Shown here in pieces: positions 26,211 through 39,497 of a stretch of 64,000 bases of DNA. This stretch comes from Octopus sinensis (lineage: Eukaryota), in contig NC_043001.1 of assembly GCF_006345805.1 (NCBI RefSeq), positions 127,348,001 to 127,412,000 on the forward strand, given 5' to 3'. The notes under the pieces were generated by a model that saw only the letters and a list, made by a program, of their open reading frames with translations, was not told the DNA's origin and did no database searches. A program made the position numbers and the translations under genes. Positions within the stretch are counted from its first letter, which is position 1. The number at the start of each line of letters is the position of its first letter.

Positions 26211-26375
26211 TAGGTGAGGATGTGTTGTTAAGAAGCTTACTTCTTAACTAATCATATGGTCTCATGTTCAGTGCTATTATGTAGCACTTTGAACAAATGT
26301 CTCTGCTACAGACTGTGAATGACCAATACTTTATTAGCGGATTTGTTAGACAGAAACTGAAAAATATCCCATCAT

Positions 26376-26382
26376 ATGTGTG

Positions 26383-26426
<44 letters not shown>

Positions 26427-26493
26427 ATATATATTTATGTATGTGTATATGTATGTATATCTATATGTATGTATGTATACATACATATGTATA

Positions 26494-26562
<69 letters not shown>

Positions 26563-26667
26563 GTATGTGTATAAATTCCTCTCTATTTACTTAATATTGA
26601 GGTCTCATTCTTTTGTTGTCATTATATTATTATTATTAATATGTGTGTGTGTGTGTATGTATGTATG

Positions 26668-26698
<31 letters not shown>

Positions 26699-26735
26699 TT
26701 ATATATGTAAGTATATACATGTATGTATATACATG
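26376..26735. repeat. Compound (TA)n/(TATG)n/(TG)n microsatellite
   Basis: Direct reading. Confidence 0.95.
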
Positions 26736-26737
26736 TA

Positions 26738-27112
26738 TGCAGGAGTAGCTTGCTTACCAACCACATGGTTCCGGGTTCAGTCCCACTGCGTGGCATCTTG
26801 GGCAAGTGTCTTCTGCTATAGCCCCGGGCCGACCAATGCCTTGTGAGTGGATTTGGTAGACGGAAACTGAAAGAAGCCTGTCGTATATATGTATGTATAT
26901 ATATATGTGTGTGTATTTGTGTGTCTGTGTTTGTCCCCCCAAGCATTGCCTGACAACCGATGCTGGTGTGTTTACGTCCCCGTCACTTAGCGGTTCGGCA
27001 AAAGAGACAGAATAAGTACTAAGCTTACAAAGAATAAGTCCCGGGGTCGATTTGCTCGACTAAAGGCGGTGCTCCAGCATGGCCGCAGTCAAATGACTGA
27101 AACAAATAAAAG
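26738..27112 (+). mobile_element. SINE family A
   Basis: Matches the 19969 copy, with a short head deletion. Confidence 0.88.
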
Positions 27113-27164
27113 AATATATATATGTGTGTGTGTATGTGTATGTATATACATATGTATATATATA

Positions 27165-27210
<46 letters not shown>

Positions 27211-27914
27211 TATGTATATACATACATATACACACACACTCACACACATACACAATAGTCTTCTTTCAGTAATGTGTGTAGATGTGTTTAAGTGCTCCTT
27301 TGTCTTGACATCATGTGATGATTATGAACAGGCATCCCCACCATACAAGCGCCATTGTTCATCTCTGGTCATCCATGAAAAAACATGTGGCACCATGGGG
27401 GAAACATGTGGAGGTAGGTGACAGGAAGTGCGTCCACTTGTAGAAAAACCTGCTGCAGCAAATTCTAGCTGACATATGCAAGCGTAGAGAAAGTGGACAT
27501 CAGATGATGATGATGATGATGATGTGTTTTAAGTTGTTGTCTCTTATTAATGTAGTGAATGTAACTAATCCTGCATCTGGAGTACTTTGCCAAAGTAGTG
27601 TTGTTGTTGTTGTTGTTGTTGTTGATGTTGGTGTTGGTGTTGGTGTTGGTAGTCAGTTTTGCCTGTTTAATGTGGCTGCTACTTAATCTTGCATGTCTTA
27701 GTTACCTTAGCATAGCATTTCTGTTGCTGCTGCTGCTTTTATTGTTTAGCATTCAAGTAAGCCCTTATTGAGCAGGTTCCCTGGGCTAAATCATTCAAGC
27801 TATAACCATATTACCAGTCTTCGTGTTTTTTTTTTGTTTGTTTTCTTTTTTTTTTTGTGTGTGTGTGCTAGATATGATATACTCCAAACTACAATATCCT
27901 ATGGGTTTTTAACT

Positions 27915-28142
27915 TTAACCCTTTAGTGTTCAGATTACTCTGTTAAATGTAATACTTTTTCACTCAAATCATTTTGAATTAATCATACATTATCTTATAG
28001 CTTTGAGGTTTCAATGATGTGATTGCTTATTTCAGAATGTCAATGTAGGTTAGGTGTGAGAGGCTAGATATGGCCAGTTTGAATGTAAAAACATCTAGGA
28101 TATTTGGGCCTGATATGGCCAGTTTAAACACTAAAAGGTTAA
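27915..28142. mobile_element. piggyBac-type MITE (subfamily shared with 35750-35976)
   Basis: TTAACCCTTTAG...CTAAAAGGTTAA. Confidence 0.8.
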
Positions 28143-28470
28143 GGAAATTTGTAACAATCTGATCTGATTCAGATTCATATGTTACACTTTGTCACACAGT
28201 AGCTTGATGAGAAACAAAACACTTAACCCAGCTTGTCTTGCAAAAGATGCAGCTTCTATTATTCTGTCATAAGGAATTGGCTTGGCAAAGTTATAAGAGT
28301 GTTGAACAAAATGTTTTGAGGGTCTGATCACAACCCTTTACATTCTGAGTTTAAATTTTGCTGAGACTGCCTTTATCAACTGTTCTCTCCCACACAAATT
28401 TAAGACCTTATGCCTGTTTTGGCCCTTAAAGTCAACTTTACCTTTTGTTCTTTTGAAATTGAAAAAATGG

Positions 28471-28856
28471 ATGGAAGCACTCCGTCGGTTACAACGACGA
28501 GGGTTCCGGTTGATCCGAATCAACGGAACAGCCTGCTCGTGAAATTAACGTGTAAGTGGCTGAGCACTCCACAGACACGTGTACCCTTAACGTAGTTCTC
28601 GGGGATATTCAGCGTGACACAGAGAGTGACAAGGCCGGCCCTTTGAAATACAGGTACAACAGAAACAGGAAGTAAGAGTGAGAGAAAGTTGTGGTGAAAG
28701 AGTACAGCAGAGATCACCACCATCCCCTGCCGGAGCCTCGTGGAGCTTTAGGTGTTTTCGCTCAATAAACACTCACAACGCCCGGTCTGGGAATCGAAAC
28801 CACGATCCTATGATCGCGAGTTCGCTGCCCTAACCACTGGGCCATTGCGCCTCCAC
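28471..28856 (-). mobile_element. SINE family C
   Basis: Full length; TSD AATTGAAAAAA. Confidence 0.9.
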
Positions 28857-28913
28857 AATTGAAAAAAATAAAGCACCAGTCAAATACTAGAATAGATTTA
28901 ATTGCCTCCCCTT

Positions 28914-28949
<36 letters not shown>

Positions 28950-29268
28950 ATATATGCACAATAGATTATTAATAGATTTAATTGACGAGCCCACTTCTCT
29001 CTAATTTTTCAACTTGTACCTATGTAAGAAATCCTTGTTAGCACTAAGATATTGCTGAAGACTGAGTCTTTGGACTCACACATACTATGTTAATTCATTT
29101 TAAGTTGTCAATTAATTGAAAATAAGTTACATAGAGTAATTAAAAGAGAGTATCTGAAAGTTGGGATGGTCATGGTTGGAACGTCTTTGATCTTAGATGT
29201 GACTAAACTGCTGCAATGCAAACAGACATGGATGTGGTTCACATGTAAATTTTATACTATCTTCTGTC

Positions 29269-29490
29269 GTTGTTTAGCCTTAATTTAGGATTTGTCAAGC
29301 AGACTCATGATGAAAGGCATTCCAGCCATGACTGCCCCATCTTTTATTGTGATATAATATATACTGACCTAAATTAATCATTGTATATTTCTTTTCTTTT
29401 TTTAAGTGGGAGACTGTAATTCAAGGGAGATTTAGCTGTTATTGCTAGTTTGTTGACTACGCATGTAGATGCTACCTCACTGGCTTGTGC
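29269..29490. repeat. Old dispersed non-coding repeat (GTTGTTTAGCC...AAAGGCATTCCAGCCATGAC...GGGAGATTTRGCTG)
   Basis: Degenerate relatives at ~24850-24955, 51430-51580, 53250-53320 and 60610-60680. Confidence 0.5.
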
Positions 29491-29682
29491 CCGCTGCTTA
29501 AATAAATACTGCCTCCCCTCTATATACATGCATAAGAGATTATTAATTAAGAACGTATCTTCCAAGTATTGCTAACTATTTTTTTGCCTCTATTTAACTG
29601 CATGAAATTCTCCTCTTAAAATGTATTGCACCCAACTGTAAAGTACATGATATCTGCACTTTGTAAACATATGTTGTCTTCT

Positions 29683-30105
29683 TTACTTGTGGCAGCTGAC
29701 TTGGCAGACACCCATAAAATTATCAACCATCTTACAAACAATAACTCTGAGCACCTTTTCGAACTCCACCCGTCTAGCACCCTCAGACATATTTACAAAG
29801 TCAGAAAACAGCACAGCTCCCATGACTTTAGGGAACATTTTTTCACGCTGAGAGTTGCTGAAGCATGGAACAAACTGCCGGCATCGGTTGTTAGTTGTCG
29901 GAGCACTGCATCCTTCAAAACTTCCATACTTCCTGACATTCGCCAACACTACACCTGATTCTCTCCCCTCTATACACACACAAGCATGTATCTGACTCAT
30001 ACATTGTTCGCTTTCCAGACATTTGTACATTATTGCATATACTTTATACACACTTTCTGACAAGTTGTGGTGCACCTGAGCACTGTATACAATAATTTCA
30101 TTATT
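29683..30105 (+). mobile_element. CR1-clade LINE 3' end
   Basis: HKII...HIYKVRKQHSSHDFREHFFTLRVAEAWNKLPASVVSCRSTASFK is a typical CR1 ORF2 C-terminus, followed by a 3' UTR. Confidence 0.8.
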
Positions 30106-30631
30106 ATATTATAATTCATTATTTGATGTGTTTAAAGATATTTAGAAAATACAATGGAAAGTCATTTACTGAAGGAATTTCTAAGCTAAAAGTCCAATAT
30201 AAAAAGAGAACATAGAATCAACGCCCTCAGTTATCAGTCTTGTTGTTGAAGTTGGTCCTCTACAGCAATACACAAGAGTTACTTGTTCCTTCACTTATAT
30301 ATGAGTACCACAAAGGAATATGACTCATCTCAAGTAGGATATAGATACATATTTGACAAAATATTGGTTTCAAATTTTGGCACAAGGGCAGCAATTTCAA
30401 AGGTGAGGGTAAGTCGATTACATCGACCCCAGCGCTCAACTGGTATTTATTTTATTGACCCTGAAAGAATGAAAGGCAAAGTCAATCCTGGCAGCATTTG
30501 AACTGAGAATGTTAAGTTGGAAGAAAAGCTGTTAAGCATTTTTTCCAGTGCGGTAACAGTTATGCCAGCTTGCTGCCTTATTTTGGACAAATTATTAACA
30601 TGAAATTATCTGAAGTGATGCATGCATGGCT

Positions 30632-30848
30632 TAAGGCAGTGAGCTGGCAGAAATGTTAGCACAACGGGCGAAATGCCTAGCGGTATTTCGTCTGTCTTTA
30701 CATTCTGAGTTCAAATTCCGCCGAGGTCGACTTTGCCTTTCATCCTTTTGGGGTCGATAAATTAAGTACCAGTTGCTTACTGGGGTCGATCTAATCGAAA
30801 GCCTCCTCCCCAAAAATTTCGGGCCTTGTGCCTAGAGTAATAAAGGAT
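30632..30848 (+). mobile_element. SINE family B' (B head/core with alternative tail ...AAATTTCRGGCCTTGTGCCTAGAGT)
   Basis: Many degenerate copies at 11668-11880, 32978-33195, 33815-34030, 38190-38405, 40914-41130, 41730-41935 and 49580-50160. Confidence 0.8.
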
Positions 30849-32662
30849 GTATGCATGGCTTTGTTTAAAAAATTTTCTTCAAAACCACATGGTTTTTAGT
30901 TCAATATTAGTTCATAGCATCTTAGGAAAATGCCTTCTTCCGTTACTCAGGCAGACTAAATCCTTGTAAATAAAACTTGACAGATGGAAACTGTGAAGAA
31001 GCCCATCAGATGTATGTATGTATGTGTGTGTGTGTGTGTGTGTGTATTGATGTTTGATGGCAAAAGTCAGTGTCAAATGAAAGTTATTTATTGTTTTGGT
31101 TTTTTCTGTTATTTTAATCAATCTTGGATACATCCCTTTATGTCTGGTTAACTTTGCCTTCCAGCTACCCCTAAGGTTGAGGAATTAAACACCTCTCACT
31201 AGTACTGAGAGAGATATATCAACAAAATCTTTGACAATAGTAACCCCCCAGTCTGATCACGGTCCAGTGACTGAAATTGTGAAATCCTTATTTTCAAGGA
31301 TTATAATCCAGTAATTCCTTCTAAGTAAAACTAAATATATTTGTATATAATGTACAAAAAACACACATATATATAATTCTACCATGTATGATTTTAATGT
31401 ATTCTCTTTCTAATTACCCAGTATTTTCTACTTAATGGAATATTTTAATCATTCTGTGGGTATTTGGTGTGTCCTTTTTTTCATAATATGTCTTCTTTTT
31501 TCATATGTTGTGTTCCCTGTTTAACTGTTTCATGTCTACTCTGCATTAATGCACTGTACTCCCAGGAGTAAATATATTTTCTTTGATAAGGTTTCACATC
31601 TCTTACATATACATGTGTGTGTTTATGTGTATAATTCTCCTTGTTTGTCTAGACATGTTTTATATCAAATTATATGCCCAATCTCATCCACTCATGCTTC
31701 CCTCTGTGTGTACTGTATATAACATTCTGTCTTCTCACAACATCTCCTGTGTAAGTATACAATCACCTCTCTTTGCTTACATGCCTCACTCTAAATGTAA
31801 GGGAAACAAGAAATATTTTTGGCCAAATCAATCCCAGTATTTCAGTAGTATTTATTTTATTGCCCCTAGAGAGATGATAGGGAAACTCAGCATTGGTGAA
31901 CCTCTAACTTGAACCTGTGAGAACATCAAACATCAAAGACACTGCAAACATCCAACATGAGTTTTCAAAGATCTAGTATCATGTTGGAACAAATGTTATA
32001 TTTTGGAAGAATTTAACAATAAATACATGCAAGTTATGATTATTATTAGCTGAAAAGTTAAGGAATTACACAGACCAAACAGATGAGCTAAAAGTATTAT
32101 GGTTATTAGGGAATGTGCCCCATCAATCTAATTAGATATATACAGTTTTCTCTCTTAACATCATTGCTCCACACACCCCTTAATTATGAGCAGCACTCAA
32201 CAACAGTCCTTATATATGCTCCAATTATTGGGTCTTGTTGCCCGGGATCCTTAACATGGCATCTCGACAACCAGCCTTTCTTTTCAGTACCAGAAGAGGA
32301 CATGTCTATAATTTTTTTTTTGCCAATAGACCCTTTTCATGATGCAGTCTAGGATGTCTTGGTGTGCGTGTTACTGCAGCATCATTCCAGATGCAAGAAC
32401 AAATCTTTGTGGTTGTGCCTTGCTCGAGCTTTGTAGAGTATCAATTATTGCTTATAAAACCTATTAGCATTGCCCCTTGCTCCAGATCCCACAAGTAAAA
32501 AGAAAAAAATTAGCTCCACCAGAACAATACATAACCACTTCTGGAAAGATATTGATAGATTCTATATAAGAATAGACACAGTACATTGTACAAAACAGCA
32601 ATAATGGAATCTGTAAATTTCATTGGAACCTTCTCAGCAAGTGTTCATTTACCTTGAGCATT

Positions 32663-32891
32663 TTAACCCTTTAGCATTTAAACCGGCCATATCCGGCCAA
32701 AAGTATTCTGCCTGTTTTATGTTCAAACTGGCCAGATCTGGTCTCTCACACCAACCCTACAATATCATTTGAAAAATTAACAGCTACCTCATCAAATTTT
32801 CATAGTTACAAGATAATGCATGATCAATTCAAAACAATGTGGATTAAAAAGCATTAATTTTGGCAGAATAATGTGAACGCTAAAGGGTTAA
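32663..32891. mobile_element. piggyBac-type MITE
   Basis: TTAA TSDs and CCCTTTAG TIRs; inverted copy of 1578-1806. Confidence 0.85.
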
Positions 32892-34586
32892 AGCATGTTT
32901 TCCAAAATGTACATATTTTTTCTTCTTTCTTTTGTTCCTGATATCTCTCAAATCATGCGCAACAACAGCAATGAGTAATCCTTTCTACTATAGACACAAG
33001 GCCTGAAATAGTGGGGAAGAGGTTAAGTTGAGTACATGAACCCCAGTGTTTCACTGGTACTTAATTTATCAACCCCAAAAGGATGAAAGGCAAAGTCAAC
33101 CTTGGTGAAATCTGAATTCAGAATGTGAAGACGGACATAATGTCACTATGCATTTCATCCTGTGTGCTAACAATTCTGCCAGCTCGCCACCTTAACAACA
33201 ACAATAATTCTTTCTAAATTTGGCCCAAGGCCGGCAATTTAAGGCCACTGGGGCAAGTTGGTTACATCAAATACAATAAGTGACTAGTATTTATTTTATT
33301 GGCGTTAGGAAGGGCATCCTTTGGCGTTAGGAAGGGCATCCTTGGCGTTAGGAAGGGCATCCAGCTGTAGAAACACTGCCAGATCTGACTGGCCTGGTGC
33401 AGCCTTCGGGCTTCCCAGACCCCAGTTGAACCATCCAACCCATGCTAGCATGGAAAGTGGACGTTAAACGATGATGATGATGATGAACCCTGAAAGAATA
33501 AAAAGCAAAGTTGACTTTGGTGAGGTTTTTGCTCACAGCATAGAGACCCAAAAGAAATATTGCTGTTTTTTTGGGGTTTTTTTTTGTTAAAATTTTTTTG
33601 TGATGTGCTAAAGATTCTGCCAACTCACTGCCTTAACAGCTACATCATCATCATTGTTTAACATCCTCCTTCCATGCTGGCATGGGTTGGACGGTTTGAC
33701 AGGAGCTGACCAGGCAGAAGTCTGCACCATACTTCTGTGTCTGTTTTGGCATGGTTTCTAAGGCTGGATGCCCTTCTTAACACCAACCACCCTGCAGATA
33801 ATAATAATAATAATAATCTTCCTACTATAGGCACAAGGCCTGAAATTAGGAGGAGGGATCTAGTTGGTTACATAATAACAGTGCTGTAGTGGTACTTATT
33901 TTATCTACCCCAAAAGGATAAAAGACAAAGTTGACCTCAGTGGAACTTGAACTCAGAATGTAGAAATGGACAAAATGCCACTAAGCATTTTATCCAGTGT
34001 GCTAATGATTCTACCATTTCACCACTTTGATAATGCCTTTTCTGTTTTGTCCACCAGGACCATGAGGTGGATTGACAAATCTTATGTCTCTTAAATATAA
34101 TGCCTATTAGCACAACTTTCACTCATGGAAATGTTCATTTATTATCATCATTGGTGAAATAAGTACCAGCTTTGTGCTGGGGTTGATGTAACCAACTCGC
34201 CCCTTCCCCACAAATTTCAGGCTTTGTGCCTAGAGTAGAAAGGATTATTATTATTTTTATTATTATTATTATTATCATTAGTGAGGGCATATAGCTTAGT
34301 GTTTAGGATGTTGCACTCACAATCACAAGATCATGGTTTCAATTCCTAGACCAGGTGGTACATTGTGTCCTTGAGCAAAACACTTCACCTGTGATCACTT
34401 CAACACCTGACGTGTGGTACACCATGCACCTGTTTAGGCAATGCCAATTTGATGGAAGGAGTAGCTTATGTACAGCACACACGTTTCATCACAATAAACA
34501 ATTTGTGCAGGTCATTCAACAAAAAGCTGAACACTCATATATCGTCTTCAACAGGAGAGTCCATTATTATTATTATTATTATTATT

Positions 34587-35203
34587 GAGTGAGAGAGCAG
34601 TGCATGCCATCAAAGTGACACTGGGGTAAAATATACGAAGCCCAATATACCCATCATGACTACCCGTCTGATAAAGTTACACCAGGCACATGCATCACAA
34701 CCATATGTGCGCGACATGGTGATCTCATATCAAGATAAACAGCACATGACCTTGCAGGTGGGGCCCAGTTAGAATTTTCTTCAGGTCGAGTAACCCATCC
34801 CACTCGAAAGGTCCCTGAATAAGGGTTGTTTAAGGATGTTGAACGAAACACCCATGTTTCCAGAGGTGAATTATTCATTATTATTATTATTATTATATTA
34901 TTATTATTATTATTGAGTGAGAGAGCAGTGCATGCCATCAAAGTGACACTGGGGTAAAATATACGAAGCCCAATATACCATCATGACTACCCGTCTGATA
35001 AAGTTACACCAGGCACATGCATCACAACCATATGTGCGCGACATGGTGATCTCATATCAAGATAAACAGCACATGACCTTGCAGGTGGGGCCCAGTTAGA
35101 ATTTTCTTCAGGTCGAGTAACCCATCCCACTCGAAAGGTCCCTGAATAAGGGTTGTTTAAGGATGTTGAATGAAACACCCATGTTTCCAGAGGTGAATTA
35201 TTC
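34587..35203 (-). mobile_element. Two tandem ~290-bp non-autonomous retroelement copies (34587-34876, 34915-35203) embedded in (TAA)n
   Basis: Near-identical units, each flanked by (TAT)n. Further copies at 48642-48928 and 49337-49437. No ORF and no tRNA head. Strand inferred from the (AAT)n tail. Confidence 0.75.
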
Positions 35204-35749
35204 ATTATTATTATTATTATTATTATTATTAATACATTCCATAAAATGACTGGCAAATGAAGTTGAGTTAATGTATTATGGAAAGAACTCTTTAGTCTTC
35301 CCTTGGACAAGACAACCATGCTGGCATCAAAATAAAATGCATCCGTTATACTCGGTAAAAAGATTTGTATAAGGATGGGTATTCAACCATATAAGCCATA
35401 CAGAATGAAACATATATGAATAAAACAACATCTGGGCCCCACCAAACTTCTATGAGAGCATTATCTTTGAACAAGAACTGACTATGATGACCAGTCCAAA
35501 TGACCTTAGTATGAAAAACTAACATAATATGGTATTGATGCTGATGGTTAATCACAATAAAAACAACTACAGTGATAATCAACAGAGTACTTTTCAGCAG
35601 CGATCAACATCATAAAGTTGTCATCAATTATAGCTTAATAATGGAAAACCTACTCCACTTAAACAGTTGATTTCATATGGGAGAAAAAAAACACAAGAGA
35701 TTAGTTCCTACTGGAGAAAGTATCCTACTCAGTACCTACAACATGTCTT

Positions 35750-35976
35750 TTAACCCTTTAGTGTTTAAACCGGCCATATCCGGCCCAAATATTCTACATG
35801 TTTTATATTCAAATGGGCGATATCTAGCCTCTCACACATAACCTGCATTGACATTCTAAAAATAAACAATCACATCATTGAAACCCCAAAGCTATAAGAT
35901 AATGCATGATTAATTCAAAACAATTTGAGTAAAAAGTATTACATTTAACAGAGTCATCTGAATACTAAAGGGTTAA
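35750..35976. mobile_element. piggyBac-type MITE
   Basis: TTAACCCTTTAG...CTAAAGGGTTAA. Confidence 0.85.
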
Positions 35977-37944
35977 CAAGTTTTGACTCATCACACTGCT
36001 GGTATCCTAGCCATTCTACAATTACTAAAGTCCAAAGAGCTGTCTCAAAAGTAAATTTTCCTTCATTAATTATTAATTATTATCTTGAATATTTTCAGTA
36101 CATTATGATCTGTCTTTTTTTTTTTTTTCCTTTTCAATTCTTTCTCTGTCTTTCACTGTATCTTTCTTTTTGCAGATATTTTTTTAAGAAATGATGTTTG
36201 AGTGGGATGGAGGCAACAGATAGAAGCATTTAAAAACTATATGTCTTGTGATGTCTCATAATGATGATACAGCTATTACTAATGATAATGATGATGACAA
36301 TAATGATGATTTCTTACATAGGTACAAGACCAGTAATTTGGAAGGAAGGGAACTATCAGTTATATCAATCAACACTAATACTACTTCAGTCATTTATCCA
36401 CCCTGGACCAATGAAAACTAAAGTTGTCCCCGATGGGATGTGAACTCAGGATGTAAAGAGCTGTTACTATAAACCACAAGACGTTTTGTCAAACTTTCAA
36501 ATGATTCTACTAATAAAAGAGTAATTGTTTCTAATGTAGGTACAAGGCCAGAAATTTGAGGAGAGGGGTAAATAGCTCAAATTAGCACCAGTGTTTGACT
36601 AGTGCTTTATTTTGTCAATCCTAAGAGGATGAAAGGCAAAGTTGAACTTGGAATATTAGAAGCTGGAATCAAGGAACAAAACACACCTTTTGTGCATGTC
36701 TTCCAACAATGAAAATTAGTCTTACGTTTCCAACAAGGAAACACAAAAATAGTTGGGGGGGGGGGGCATTTTCATTCATATAATTCATATACCAAGTTTA
36801 TTCTTTGGTTTATAATAAAATTACATTGAAATTTAAATAATGATAATAATCATAATAATACTAATAATTCAGAAATATATTTATGTATTATCATACTTTG
36901 AAAAGATGATTGTAACATTTTTATCATAAAACAAAAACAACCTCAATAGTCATTCAATAAAATTCTTGTGGCACCAACAACATACAATGCTTGCTGATAA
37001 GACTAAATATTCTAAAATGGATTGAGAAATTCAAAGGATTTCTTTGGTCTGATAGTAGGACACCTGTCATGTCTACAGGATATGCAGGTTTGAGTCTCAT
37101 GGGCAGCCTTCAACATTTTCTGTCCAAAGGGATTTTTAACCCAAAATTTACCTGCTATTATTTATAGCTTTATGTGTTTGTTTGTGGGTGTGTGTGTGGT
37201 GTGTGTGTGTAAGCAATATGTTACATGATTATTGAAGTTGTTTATGATATATCATTGATGTATTTGATGGTTTCATTAGTATCAAATATATATATATATC
37301 ATTGGGTTGAGTGGTAAAAAAGTTCACTTCACTACTGCCTGGTTTCAGGTTCAGTCCTAGTGTATGGCATCTTGAACCCATGCCTCCTACTATAGCCTGG
37401 AGCTGTGGAAACTGTACAGAATCCTGCAGTGTACTGCATAAGTGCTTCCATAAGTGCTTCCATACTGGCACTCCTTAAAACTTACATCCTTTGTTCATGT
37501 CCTGTAACTCAGTGATTCAACAAATAGCCATTGATAAAATAAGCACTAGGCTTTAAAATAGAATATTAGGATCAATATCATCATTTCATCATCATCATCA
37601 TCATCTAACGTCCATGAAACATGAATAAAAGAATGTCTTTTTCATTATTTTCAATGATGTCAAATATATATCAGTGATATTTTTTATCCTTCTTCATATA
37701 TTTTTGTTTCATTTCAACGATTAAAAATGGATGTTCTTTATATTTTATTGCTAAAACAAAATGAAATCAGCAAAAAAGTTTGGGTTTTTTTTTTCTTTTT
37801 CTGGGATCAACTGAAAAGAAATTGAAATAAATAAGGAATTGGAAACAAAATCAGCAGCAGTTCCTTAGTTCCTTAAATCATTGCATGTTAATTCTTCACT
37901 TATAAAATCTCATCTTTCTCTCTCTTCCTCATATATATATATAT

Positions 37945-38185
37945 CATCATCATCATCGTTTAACGTCCGTTTTCCATGCTAGCATGGGTTGGACGGTTCG
38001 ACTGGGGTCTGGGAAGCCAGAAGGCTGCGCCAGGCCCAGTCTGATCTGGCAGTGGTTCTACGGTTGGATGCCCTTCCTAACGCCAACCACTCCGTGAGTG
38101 TAGTGTGTGCTTTTTACCTGCCACCTGCACAGGTGCCAGACGAGGCTGGCAAACGGCCATGATCAGATAGTGCTTTTTACGTGCT
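37945..38185 (-). mobile_element. SINE family E
   Basis: Same 3' end and (TGA)n tail as 19123. Confidence 0.85.
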
Positions 38186-38894
38186 TTTTAGGTTTCAAAT
38201 TTTGGCACAAGGCCAGCAATTGTGGGGGTGAGTGCAAGTTGATTATATCAACCCCAATGCTCAACTGGTACTTAGTTTATTGACACCAAAAGGATGAAAG
38301 GGTAAGTCAAGGTTGGCAGAATTTGTACTCAAACATAAAGACAGATAAAATACTACTAAGCATTTCACTCAGAATACTGACAATTCTGCCAGCCCACTGC
38401 CTTTCTCAGATGTATATATTGAAACTGAATTGCCAATTGAAAACTCATCTCACAATAGCTATCTATCTATCTGATATATATATATATTACCATCATTTAC
38501 TATCCACTTTTCCGTGCCTGCATGGGTCAGGAGTCAGATGCATTTGTTGAGGCACACACACATATGCATACATGTATTGTACTCATGCACACACTCACAC
38601 AGTGAATGTATGTCTGTTTGTCCTGGGTTGCTCAAAAATACCAAATGAATGCTCACAAAACCACATATATCATAACTTACTATCTCACACTTTATAGCAT
38701 ATGTTTTTATGTATACAGTATTGATGTATTTGGATTAAATTCTAAATTTTTCATCAATGTGTAAGCACAAAGCATTATACTTAATGTTTATTAAAAATAC
38801 TCATTTTGAGATCCAGTTAACAAGCACCCACTCACCAATATTCTGTGTTTAAGTGTACTATCATCATGCCTAACTATTTTTAGTCTCCTCTCTT

Positions 38895-38927
<33 letters not shown>

Positions 38928-39024
38928 ACGGGAAGGTTTACGAAAATAAACAAAAGACGAAGGCAGGTGGAGTACAAACAAATAATTGTATTAGTATGGC
39001 GCTCAGGAATAGAAATAGAATAAG

Positions 39025-39062
39025 TCTTTTACGTTTCGAGCCTACGCTCTTCGACAGAAAGA
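39025..39062 (-). ncRNA. Minimal hammerhead-like motif, A6U core variant, inside a pLTR-like repeat (~38927-39200)
   Basis: UCUUU-CUGUCGA-A-GAGC(GUAG)GCUC-GAA-ACGU-A-AAAGA. Confidence 0.5.
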
Positions 39063-39497
39063 TACACAGAAAAGAAACAAGGAGACAAAAAAAATGCGTG
39101 TAGGAGCTAACTGTCAATCATGGCGTTCTGACTTCAGGCAGAGATCAGAGGTCAGACGTTAGACGCTGAGAGAGAGTATGAGGGCTTTAGGTCACAGATG
39201 ATCTGCTATAGCTGGTCATTCATTAGGTTCCAAGCTCATAGCTGAAGCTGGAGCTAGGGATCTGTAAGTAGGGTTCCAAGTCAGCAGGTACATATTAAAG
39301 GAAAAAGAAAACAAAACCAAGACAGGACGAGCATCTCGGGTCATTTAGAATATTTAATCAGAGTAAAGTGAATCAAAACAAGAGAAGTGGATGTGATTAT
39401 TGTCTTACAGCTGTTTCTGGAATATCCCAGAAACAGCTGTCAGACATTAATTCTTATCCATTTTTTATTCACTTTACTCTTATTAAATATTATATAC

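Noticed and set aside
26297-26710. Long ORFs rich in IY/HT/VC/LS dipeptides (also 33-420, 50425-50868, 53214-53623, 54954-55324)
   Set aside because: Translations of microsatellites.
34770-34870. CUGAAGA and GAAAC motifs in the (TAA)n-embedded element
   Set aside because: Could not build stems I and II in hammerhead register, nor a convincing HDV-like pseudoknot.
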